This document shows positions 26,301 to 38,700 of a stretch of DNA of 64,000 bases, one piece after another. The notes under the pieces are model-generated. The model was not told the DNA's origin. It saw only the letters and a list, made by a program, of their open reading frames with translations, and did not search any database. How positions within the stretch are numbered: the first letter of the stretch is position 1; each line of letters starts with the position of its first letter. Source of the DNA: Balanoglossus misakiensis (lineage: Eukaryota > Animalia > Hemichordata); the NCBI GenBank assembly GCA_040954595.2, contig CM082583.2:10739656-10803655 (forward strand). Reading direction: 5' to 3'. A program made the translations under genes and the position numbers.

Positions 26301-27808
26301 AAAACATTCCATAGATTCTCATTCAGGATAAATAAAATTCTCAATATCTGTTTAAATTAGCAGAGGTGATTGGACCCTGGATACATGTTTCATTTTTGAG
26401 TTGAGATTTCATTTTCAAACTTATTATTCAAAATTGCTCCTTCTGAATTCCAAGCAAAACTTAAGAGTTCACTCACCTTGTTCAGTTCAACCTCCGATTG
26501 AAAGCCCAAACCGTACACAGTATTGGCCCTGGCATCAGACCATTGTCCAAACTTCTGACTGGTCTTAGTGAATGTCATATATGGACTGATAGTACTATTT
26601 ATGATTGCCTGGAACAAGAGACAAAATATTATTCTAAAATTACAGTTTCTGGCAGTCTGCAATGCATTATGGGACTGGACATAGCACTATTAGTTACTGT
26701 CTGAACATAAAGGCATTACCTTCGATCCATCGACACTGATGATCCTGTAAGAATTCCTTGTACTATCATAGAAATATGACACTGCTATCGCCTGCTTGCT
26801 GGATGGAAGCCAGTTCTTCTTTGTGTTAGGATCAATCTGGAAGATGTGTGCCCGAGTTGTGTAGATGGGTTGCTCCCTGTTATCACAGAAATGAGATATT
26901 AGAACATGATGTACTTGGTGGTATTTATTAACACTAAGCCAGTGGAATACTTCTTGTCTGCTAAAATGTATTTTTGGCAGAGCCAAGAAAAAGGTATTGT
27001 GGAGCATTACCCGATCTTGGCTACAAAACCTGGTCACTAATAGGGCTGTTTCCATTTGTAGTAACTAACAGCTACTTGTAGTATTGTATTTGTGATAATT
27101 TGTTGATACAAAATGTCAATATCATTGTGTAAACAAAGCAGTTAACGTGTGTGTGACCCAGGTATGCCCCGATGATTGGGCAACTTGAGAACACTCACGA
27201 AATCTACGCACACATTCTATTCCTGTGGAGGCACTAATTATCTCGCAAGTGGGATTATTCATCGGGAACGTAACACCAAGGGAAATACGATACACAGCGA
27301 GAATAATGGAAGGGCGTGTTTCCAATAATCGTCGGTCAAACACATTCGACAATTCTTAATTTGTGACCCCGGCTATATATGACAGATTTTCGTACTCGCA
27401 AATAGTTTTGTGAGAAAGATCGTGCATTGCTGACTTAACAATGACATGATCAGCGATCGCTGGGTTAATCCCAAATTATGGAAAGTGTTGTCGTTATTTG
27501 CAAATTGCATGACAACTAAATTCTAATCCTCTGGTCCTGTTCTGATCTACACTAAAATTACGTGATTTCATCGCCTGCGACTGTATGATCCCTGCAAATT
27601 TTACGCACAGCACGCATAGTGTTTTGCTATGGCACAATCATATTTAGAAACACCGTGATCAGAACACTTGGATCGGACTCCACTCATATAATCCTGTGTC
27701 AAATTGGGTAGGCTGGCTTCTGAAATCGACATCAACTTCCGATCACGATCGCCGGCGAAATTGACATTACAAATCTCGAAAAAATATTCACACTGGCACC
27801 TACCCCAT
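23346..27808 (-). CDS. HOMER: Homer scaffold protein (EVH1 domain plus C-terminal coiled coil)
   Basis: Exons 27808-27804 (ATGGG), 26876-26720, 26608-26477, 25144-24974, 24779-24640, 24349-24193, 24046-23927, 23811-23731 and 23525-23346, all GT-AG with compatible phases. Peptides [42 protein letters not shown] and [23 protein letters not shown]. Confidence 0.95.
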
Positions 27809-29162
27809 TTTCCAATTGAAGTCTCGGTGTATACTGTGAATGCCGATTTGGTAAAATCCACGCCGTTGGTTAGTAACGGTGTGACCTCATCTTCAGATAC
27901 ACATTAGAGTTAATCAAAATTCCAGCTACCGGCTGCCACCTGTGTATTGTGTCTACGTACGTACGTCCCGCTCCACTTAATTTTGTTTTCAGAAATCAAT
28001 TCACACATATAGGCATGCGCAAGAAGATAAGACTCCCTAGGAAAGGCGTCGAAAAAGGAAAGTGAATTCGATTGAGCGAGCGCCATCTACCGAAAGTTTG
28101 TACGTCTTTTGTTTTTCTTTTCTTTTCCAATCTTTTTCATTTGCACGAGTTCTTCATTCCAAATGCACCAAGGGAGTGTATTGCTGAATTGTCAATCATT
28201 AGAGATCACGCAACATTCAGGAGTGTTACAAATAACCTACTTTCAAACAAAATATACTTCATCAGACATTCTTGACAAAACATGCATAAGTGTCACACAA
28301 ATTAAAAAGTTTTAGATCCAAGCTAACTTCTAATTTACAGCACTATTGAAAATATGGCCCTGTTTCATTGTAAGGCGATCAAACCTTTTGAAAATAATGA
28401 TTTGCGTATGTTTCATTGCAGTTGCTGGGCATTTAGTTTCTCTTGCTACTTCTGTGCAAAATAACCAGGGGATAATATGTTTTTCTTCCCGGCCTAGACT
28501 AGTCAATCTTTCATGTGTTGAAGCTGGAGCAGTAGACACCTGTTGTGTATTTTTGTAACAGAAAAGTATTTTAAGTCTGTAATCAGTATATTTTCCACCA
28601 ACCACTGTCAAAATAGTTGATTTCATAGCAGACTGGAAATAAAAGCGGAAACAATATCTAATCAACAGCGCCCACTATAGATAATATGCTGGGATACTTT
28701 CAAAGTCTAAAGTTGTCATACATGCCTGTGTTTCGACATTTGCAGAACCACTTGCTTCATCCTTAATTATTATCATTCTATTAAATGTGGATGCATTGTG
28801 TGGTTATTTTGCACTTCATGTACGACGAAATAGACCATTAAAAGAAGAAAAGGAGCCACGTTTTGTGTGTATTTTCAAAGCAAATGAACACCTCGATGGC
28901 AGTCCGAACTGTTGGACCGACGGGGAGTGCAGTGCACGATCGGCTCAGAACTGCACCGGTCAGGGTTTAGGAGTTCTACCATACATAACGTATTTACGTA
29001 CAAAAATAACCAACCAACCAACCAAACAATGAAACTCGGAACTTTTGCGTTCTGCTGATCAGAAAAAGGAACTATACAAAAGTTAAACCAAACAAAAAGG
29101 TGCGGGTACGGCCGTTTCTTTCCTCTCAATCGAGCGATGGGCTATTGTTTTAAGCCACCACA

Positions 29163-29600
29163 ATTCTGATTGGTCAATTATACTGAAACAGGGAGCCCAA
29201 AGCACTTGTGATTGGTCAATTACTCTCTGCATTGTTGGAACAGGTGTGTTACACACTGGCACACGCTCAAGTCACTTTGCGTTGATCCGCCCGGGACCTT
29301 AGATGACCCTATTATGTTTGTCCGCATCTCAGACGCAGCTCTGAACTAGCTTTTGGATCAGCCGTTCTTGAGATATCGATGACACACGCATAAAACAGAC
29401 AAATCGGCTTAAAAAGTTAAAATAAGCTCATGCCTGTGTACCACAGGAGCTAAACATGAATGTGTGTAAATGTTGACAAATCTAGGGAGCCCTACAATTA
29501 ATTAATTATCGTGTCTCGCACTGTACGAGAATAGGAGTCGTGACTTCCGTGTCCTAAGAATAAACAGTCGTACGCAAGCCACAGACGTGACAGACGACTA
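29163..29600. promoter_or_regulatory. Promoter elements in the Homer/ARNT divergent intergenic region
   Basis: The motif TGATTGGTCAATT (CCAAT box) is duplicated at ~29167 and ~29209, with an ETS ACTTCCG at ~29543. The region is CpG-retaining and lies upstream of the ARNT ATG at 29800. Confidence 0.45.
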
Positions 29601-29799
29601 GCCAAAGGCGTACGTAGATGTCTATCGTTTTATGTCAGTTTTACCAGTCACAATTTGGAGTCTCTGCAGAGCCTAGGATATCTGTTAGTCGTGACAACGA
29701 AAATCCAGATTTTAACTCGCGTCGACAAGTCGACTCAGTTACAGCAAGCGTGTAAGGCGACGTCTGACCCTTACTGACCTTGTACTAGAACAATTCATC

Positions 29800-32700
29800 A
29801 TGTCGGCAACAACAACCGGTAAGGATTGAAATTTTTATCCTAAAACGTAATCGTCGTCTTTATATTTACCATTTTATCCAGGTAAATGATAGGGGATGTG
29901 AAAAATGTTGCCTTAATGTCAAGAACCACCCTTTATTATCATTTAAACTGCTCTGTTTTGTAGTTCTGCTCGTTCAGTAATTTTATATTGATCACGAAGT
30001 TGGTAAACACTTTGAAACCAGGAAAAACGCTGTTGGTTTCGTACTGTTCTCGTTACCACCAAGTTTTAATCTCTGGAATACCAGAATGATTATTGTAACA
30101 GAGCTTCAAATCGGCACAAATTCTCGGTGCTTGATTCGTGGGTAATGTTGGTTTTCCACAGAGATCGAGTGAGGAAGTTAATCTGAACCTGTGTCAATTT
30201 CATTGGTCATATGCACCAATCATATTGCACTGGTTCGCACTCATGTACTCACTTCCGTGATTGTGTCGTCATCGTCTACAAAAACACATCGAACTATTAA
30301 TTAACAGGAAAATTTTACAGTGCTTTACCTGGCTGAAAAAATATTAGGTGAATTTATTATTGTGAACGACCACTTTTTGCATTATTTTCATAATTTTACT
30401 TTTCTTTTGATAAAGGAATCAATGATTTCCCCATTGGCAGTTTGAAATGTGATAATTTGACAGATATCAGTTAATAAAATAAATCACCAGAGCATTGTGC
30501 AATGATTGATTTCTATCTGACTTTATTTTTAATAATACAAATAATACAGCATTATGAAATGAACTGATCTGCAGAAACACAAGTGAAATGGCATATTGAA
30601 ATAATCATTTCTTTCAGTATCCGGTGTCCTTGTGATTGTCAGATATCAGTTTTCAAATAATGATTTCATTGCATGCAAAATTAGGTTATGTTCGGTGTTA
30701 GAGTGAATGTCAGTTATGCAGATACATGATTTTACCCCAGTGTATTGTGAATTTAGCCTTTTTATTCATTTGGCGTAATTGTAGGTGGAGTCTACTATGA
30801 GATACAGTGAGTGATTTGTGCTGGTAGCTTTAAACTGAAATGAAGGGAATGATTTTGTTCCAGCTGTAATTGTGTAGATGTGCACATTAACATTCAGAAA
30901 CTTATCAATTTAGGCAAAGGGTTTTGCCTAATTTCCATAGATTCTGTCAATAATACCCATAGACAGAGAAACTGATATTGTATGACTTGAGCTAGTAAGA
31001 GATACCATAATGTGTTCCTCTTGGCATGTCACGGCAGTATAAAGAGCATGATGGGTAATTGTAGGGGTCATTTTTTTTTCTGTACAAAAGATGAGCTTAT
31101 GATGCAATGACTATCATGGCTGTTTCAAATTTCATATGATACCCAGTTTTTATCAACTTATAAACAATTGGCAACCAACCACCTTTCAATGTGCAAAATG
31201 AGCATTTTATATGTTTAGTGCTTCATATGAAAATATGTGTACATTCCTGGCACTATCACAGCCAACAGCATGTCTTCCAAATGACATTAGCCTGCATTTG
31301 TGTCCCTAAATGCAGTCACAAAAATGATTGGAATACAGACGTGTAGAGGAGAAGCAGATGTTATCGACCACTAGGAATTAAGCTGAAGAGAACCAAGGGT
31401 GACATTTATTGTCAGTCTTTCAGTTTTCTTTGTTGCCAATCCCTTCTTTCAGTTGTAGTTTGTGCAGAGTTGCTTTCCTCGATCGTAGCCTTTCTTTCCG
31501 TCATGCCCCTCTTTTCTCTCTCCGTGTTTTCTTTGTTTGTTTTTCGAATTCCCCAAAATGGCAGTTGTTCTTTTTTCATTTCTGACAAACAATGGCTTGT
31601 ACTGCTGGTTGAATGGGTTGCTACGTTGACAATAGTTTTCTGGAGATTATACATGTGGGAATGAATACGCACTACACTGATTTGTAGAGTATGTGGGTCT
31701 AGGTCAGTCCAGTGAAATGATCTGACGCACTAGTGAAGACTCCATCCAGGAATGGTTGGCACCTCATCCTGTAAAAGATATATTAACCCATACCGGGAAA
31801 TAGACCAGTAGGCAGAAAATATTGGTTTTATTATAAGAGAGTTGCTAAATGAAAGTAGCTGATGAAATGTGGAAACATTTGAGGAAGTGTACTGCTAGGT
31901 CTTTCTGGTTAATGACCTGTCCATAGCATTCAGACATGACATATGTGATATATCATTTTTATAAATAAATAAATAGGTTTGTCCCTTTGGGAAATTGATA
32001 TTTCAGAATTTTCATATCCTTTATATTAAATACCTAATTATAAGTAACAGAGCATGGGTGTTTCAAAATGCATTCTTCTGATATAGAATATGAAAATGTA
32101 TATTATACACATATGTAATTTTTGGATGAATGGCCTTCCAGGGGATGAATGGGCTTGTTCTAAAATTGTGTTGATAGGGGCATCCTCAAACAGAGAGACC
32201 TATTGTCATTATCATGTATTGCAGAGGTAAGAATCTGTAGCCATGAGGATGAATTTGTGGAATAAAGCATTCTGGGAAATGTGAAACAGTATTACCAAAC
32301 CTTCAAAGTGTATTCCTTGATTTTACATTTTAATTATAAATGCTTAGTGAATAGTCTATACATGTTTCAACAGGAAGCATGTATATTTCATGTTCTATAT
32401 CATGCAAATTTACAGATTTCCAAAATTTCGTGCTTCGTCTTGTATTCTATGTAGTAGTTCAAGGACACTGTCTTGAGTGGTTAAGAAATGTGTGTAGGTT
32501 CATTTAGCCTCTATTCATCAAGCTTTTCAATACCGGATATCTTATTTCACATCTCTGGGATAAAGAAGAGGTTTTCCAATTTCTCAATTGACACCATTGC
32601 CAGATTGAGTGCTCACTATAAGATTTGTGAAAGAAAAAAATCAATTTTGGTGTTTATTTCCCAGTTGGAACAAGGCCATGACTCATTTTCATCACAAGTG

Positions 32701-35700
32701 AGCCATTCTTTGCTTTCTGTTGATGCATTTTGTGAACCAGTCACTCAGGACAAGTGTACTTGGCTTTCTCAACCAGGTTAAATGTAAAAATTGCCTCTTG
32801 ACATGTACAGCTGCTCTGTGACTAAGTAAGCAACGCTGTTGTATTCCCGCTAGAAGTAAACTAACATGACCTTACTAATAGATGTAAAATGTTTAGAAAA
32901 TGTTTTCCAGTTAAGTTTTCATTGGTTGAAGTTGAATGTTAGTTCATTTCCAACATGGATTGCCTATCTAATTTTAAAACCAACTTTTTGCATCAGTTGC
33001 TTGGGTGAACTGGAAATTGATACTAAAAGATGCAAAGCAAATTTGTTGAACACATGCTGTTATGCATGAAGATCACTTTACAGTATTCAAAATAAAATAT
33101 TTGCTAACTTCTGTTGAGAAAGCAAATTTGTTTTGTTTGCTAATGTCTACATGAAAATTGATAGGTATGTATGTATGTACATAACCATTAAGGGGTAGTA
33201 TTGAATGGATTCTGCTTGTTGGAAAACCTGGCGTGGATTAGAGAATATATTGTAACGCAGGGTTGTGTGTTCATTGCAACCAGATGGAAAGGGACATCGA
33301 GTGTTATGTACCTTGAGAAGCAATAGTACATGGAAATGTCATTAACTTTTAGTTATGCTAGTTGATACAAACTAATTGTTGATGGTCTCTGTTTTGATCT
33401 AAATTTCAGGAGCAGAAGATTCACAAGGAAACAGAAAGAGGAAGATGGGGTAGGCGTATACAGTTTAATCTTTTTTTTTCAAACTCCTTGATCTTCCCAC
33501 ATATTGGAATGCTTATGGTGCGTGGACATGTGTTTGATTGTGTGTGATAGTTCAGGTATGCACTATCAAGTATATGTGTTTTTGCTGCATTTTTTTCTGT
33601 GGTCAACATTTGTCTACTTATCAGTAGAAACCAACACTACAAATTTTTTATATGTTTAGTTTTTCTGGGACATGCTATTTACAATTCTGACAGGTTATCA
33701 CATTTGATCTGTTAAACACAGAGAGTCACATGTTTTAAATAGGTCAGCCCGATGAAAGATTTGTATTTCACGATCAGTTCATCTTGTCATTGAGGTAAGT
33801 TCTGTAGAAAAAACAACTGGTAGGTGAATCATTGGAAGTCTCTGAAGATATATATGTTTATGACCGGATATCCAAAGTTGTTACCATCTGATGCATTCTA
33901 TGTTGAATTCAGATGTGCATTGTGCAAGTTTTGAGACTTGAGATAAAATGGATCTTTGCTGAGCTGAGCTAATGGAGAAAGATCAATACTGACTGCTGTT
34001 AGCTGAAACTGTTCTCGTTAGAGAGATGCAGGGATGAATATTAGTGCAAATGAGCTACGGAATGAGCTTCTAGCCTTTCAATAATGTCGTGTGAGTGACT
34101 AACTGCACAACTGAAAGGATGAGGTTGCCATGACAACACATGAACTGGTATCAGATGGAGTATGCGACTTGTGAGAGTAACAGTTTCAGATTTTAATTGA
34201 AGTGCTCCAGAAACAACATGAAGTTGTTGAACTCTGACATTGTCACATTGTGCCTGGTATATTATTTAACTTATACATGACAGCAGTAAACCAGTTTCAG
34301 TAGCTTGGAGGGTAAAACTTACCTATAGATATTGCCTTTGATTACACAGTTTATATATCTGAGAATCGAAATACGTGTAGATTAACGTAATATAATACAC
34401 AGTATCAGCAGAGATATGAAAGGCATTCTGGTAAATTATGTTGTATATATATATATATATGTATGTAGAATCTGTACGAAAATAAATTGTTCAATACCAA
34501 TATGTTGACTACAGGCACATGTACATAAACCTGTGTCATGGATATATAGGCATGTATCTAACTCACACACAAGTATATATACAGAGACTAGGAAATTCAT
34601 CCATGCGTCACACATATGTTTTTCCTGGGGCCATATTGGAACAGTTGCAAATTAAGTCTGTGAATTACAGTCATTGACATCTGTAGTGATCGAAAACATA
34701 CAGTAGTTATAGTCCTCAGTGGCAGTGGCAGGATTTCCCTACAACATAATGCTTGGAAAAATATTTGCCGCAGATGTGACACACAGACAGATATTGTAGG
34801 CAGCAGCAGATGTCTTGATGTATGTCTCTTGTTTCAAACTATTAAAATGTACACTTATTAATATGATAGTGATGATTACAATGATGATGATGGTGGTAAT
34901 AGTATGAAGCACTTGTTGAAGTGCTTTAGCTATTATACAACCTCCACCCTTTGCAGGTGGGTAAAAACTCTCTTTTATTCCAATAATGATATATCAAATT
35001 TTTAGCTTAAAAATTCATGTTTTTTTTACAGGTTTAATCGTTTCGAAACTAATATCATGAATTATAGATTGTATTTTGTCTCAAGTCTTTCTTTGTAATT
35101 TATTGTTCCTTTGTGTGTTCGAATGTGATATTCATGTTCTGTGGAGCCTGTAATGTGAATTTTACTCGTATCTGTGGAAATTTACACAGATATGAGCCAC
35201 CAGCTGGTCAGTCTTAACATCACATTGTGTAACAATGTATTCAGTTTCTCTGTTGACTCTACTAAGCAAATCAGTTCATGGCCTTACTGCTCTAGATTGT
35301 TCCTGACTTAAAACCTTACAACAGCTATTTGTTTAAAATTACAGCAATTCTTTGTGACAATAACTAACTTTTGTGGACTCTCTTCAAAAAGAAGCCATGC
35401 CACTGGCATCCATTAAGTTTTCAAAGGCTGTTTTGAAAGTAGGGGTCGCTCCGACTTGAGGACAGCGCGACATTGCACATTTATACGATATCGGATATTT
35501 ATCGTCTAGTATCGTCTAAAACATTAAACTAGACTGTACTTTAACAACAACTTTGCCTGCTTCCCGACTATGTCAGACCTCAAAAATATCCGATAGTATC
35601 GATACTATCGATACTAGAGTCTAGTATCGTCTAAAACGTTAAACTAGACAGTACTTTAACAACAACTTTGCCTGCTTCCCGACTATGTCAGACCTCAAAA

Positions 35701-38700
35701 ATATCCGATAGTATCGATACTAGAGTCTAGTATCGTCTAAAACGTTAAACTAGACTTTACTTTAACAACAACTTTGCCTGCTTCCCGACTATGTCGGACC
35801 TCAAAAATATCCGATAGTATCGATACTATCGATACTAGAGTCTAGTATCGTCTAAAACGTTAAACTAGACTTTACTTTAACAACAACTTTGCCTGCTTCC
35901 CGACTATGTCGGACCTCAAAAATATCCGATAGTATCGATACTATCGATACTAGAGTCTAGTATCGTCTAAAACGTTAAACTAGACTGTACTTTAACAACA
36001 ACTTTGCCTGCTTCCCGACTATGTCAGACCTCAAAAATATCCGATAGTATCGTTACTATCGATACTAGAGTCTAGTATCGTCTAAAACGTTAAACTAGAC
36101 TTTACTTTAACAACAACTTTGCCTGCTTCCCGACTATGTCGGACCTCAAAAATATCCGATAGTATCGATACTATCGATACTAGAGTCTAGTATCGTCTAA
36201 AACGTTAAACTAGACTTTACTTTAACAACAACTTTGCCTGCTTCCCGACTATGTCGGACCTCAAAAATATCCGATAGTATCGATACTATCGATACTAGAG
36301 TCTAGTATCGTCTAAAACGTTAAACTAGACTGTACTTTAACAACAACTTTGCCTGCTTCCCGACTATGTCGGACCTCAAAAATATCCGATAGTATCGATA
36401 CTATCGATACTAGAGTCTAGTATCGTCTAAAACGTTAAACTAGACTGTACTTTAACAACAGCTTTGCCTGCTTCCCGACTATGTCGGACCTCAAAAGTAT
36501 CCGATAGTATCGATACTAGAGTCTAGTATCGTCTAAAACGTTAAAGTAGACTGTACTTTAACAACAACTTTGCCTGCTTCCCGACTATGTCGGACCTCAA
36601 AAATATCCGATAGTATCGATACTATCGATACTAGAGTCTAGTATCGTCTAAAACGTTAAACTAGACTGTACTTTAACAACAACTTTGCCTGCTTCCCGAC
36701 TATGTCGGACCTCAAAAATATCCGATAGTATCGATACTATCGATACTAGAGTCTAGTATCGTCTAAAACGTTAAACTAGACTGTACTTTAACAACAACTT
36801 TGCCTGCTTCCCGACTATGTCAGACCTCAAAAATATCCGATAGTATCGATACTATCGATACTAGAGTCTAGTATCGTCTAAAACGTTAAACTAGACTGTA
36901 CTTTAACAACAACTTTGCCTGCTTCCCGACTATGTCGGACCTCAAAAATATCCGATAGTATCGATACTATCGATACTAGAGTCTAGTATCGTCTAAAGCG
37001 TTAAACTAGACTTTACTTTAACAACAACGTTGCCACATGTGTCCAATGATGGTTTACATGTAATGGGCGACAAGGGTGTCTAGTCAAAAAAATTAGACGA
37101 TACTAGACTATAGTATCGATAGTATCGATAGTATTGGATATTTTTCTTGGTGAGCATACGACATTTGTCCAATGATGGTTTACATGTAATGGGCGACAAG
37201 GGTGTCTAGTCAAAGAAATTAGACGATACTAGACTCTAGTATCGATAGTATCGATAGTATCGGATATTTTTCTTGGTGAGCATACGACATTTGTCCAATG
37301 ATGGTTTACATGTAATGGGCGACAAGGGTGTCTAGTCAAAAAAATTAGACGATACTAGACTCTAGTATCGATAGTATCGATAGTATCGGATATTTTTCTT
37401 GGTGAGCATACGACATTTGTCCAATGATGGTTTACATGTAATGGGCGACAAGGGTGTCTAGTCAAAGAAATTAGACGATACTGTGCTTTAACAACAACTT
37501 TGCCTGCTTCCCGACTATGTCGGACCTCAAAAATATCCGATAGTATCGATACTATCGATACTAGAGTCTAGTATCGTCTAAAACGTTAAAGTAGACTGTA
37601 CTTTAACAACAACTTTGTCTGCTTCCCGACTATGTCGGACCTAAAAAATATCCGATAGTATCGATACTATCGATACTAGAGTCTAGTATCGTCTAAAAAC
37701 GTTAAATTAGACTGTACTTTAACAACAACTTTGCCTGCTTCCTGACTATGTCGGACCTCAAAAATATCCGATAGTATCGATACTATCGATACTAGAGTCT
37801 AGTATCGTCTAAAACGTTAAAGTAGACTGTACTTAAACAACAACTTTCAAATTAGACGATACTAGACGATATTTTTCTTGGTGAACATGCCATGGTCGGC
37901 ACAGGTCCAGTGAAATAAATTAGACGATACTCGACGATACTGGAGGATATAAGCGATATTTTCTAGTGTCGATACTAGACGATAAATATCCGATATCGTA
38001 TAAATGTGCAATGTCGCGCCTTCATGTCCGACTTGGGGTTGATCAATTTCTTTGTTTGATGAACTGTATTGTGCAATGGACTGTTTGTACTGGTGTAAGC
38101 CGTACAAGTTGGCTATCACATGTGAGCTTTGGAATCCAGCCCAAGCAGAATCGACTGCCTACGTGCCGGTTGTGGTGATGCGCTTAGGCGAACCACTGAC
38201 CTGCAGTGGCTCTGCAGCTGATGTAACTGGAAAGTTATTCTGGCAAGAACAGAATGTCAGTCTGTTTTGAAATTTCACACAAAATAAGGAGTGAATGGTT
38301 TGCAAGTAGTTATAGAGGTGAACTACATTTAAAAGTTGCTGACATCTAGGTCAAAATGGGTGCTTGCCGAAGATTTCCAGTACAATCTTATGGTCTCAAG
38401 ACATTAAACTGACGGTTGCCTTTTGATGGTTTTGTCGCTGATACCTCCAATAATTTACTCAGCTTGATTTTTCTGTAATGAACCTAATTTTCATCTTGAT
38501 CAGAGCTTGCTTTAAACTTGCAGTGCATTCAGGTTTCAGTTCAGCTTTAAGGCAAGAACGCATTCATGTGCAAATTTGAAAATATAATATCCTAATCTGA
38601 AGGCAGTCCTTCTTTGAAATGTTAAATACTCATTTTGCGTTGGGGAATTTTTCGAATTTTTGAAGATTCTGTTTTTGTTGTAAGCACACCATCTCTTTTG

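Larger units (their letters stand above)
35459..38026. mobile_element. Non-autonomous foldback-like DNA element with internal tandem arrays
   Basis: 50-bp inverted repeats gcgcgacattgcacatttatacgatatcggatatttatcgtctagtatcg at 35465-35514 and 37970-38019. The 9-bp direct repeat TCCGACTTG flanks it (35450-35458 and 38027-38035). No transposase ORF. Confidence 0.8.

Noticed and set aside
35505-37846. CRISPR-like look (palindromic core plus intervening segments)
   Set aside because: The intervening segments are identical within each block rather than unique spacers, there are no cas genes, and the context is a eukaryotic intron.
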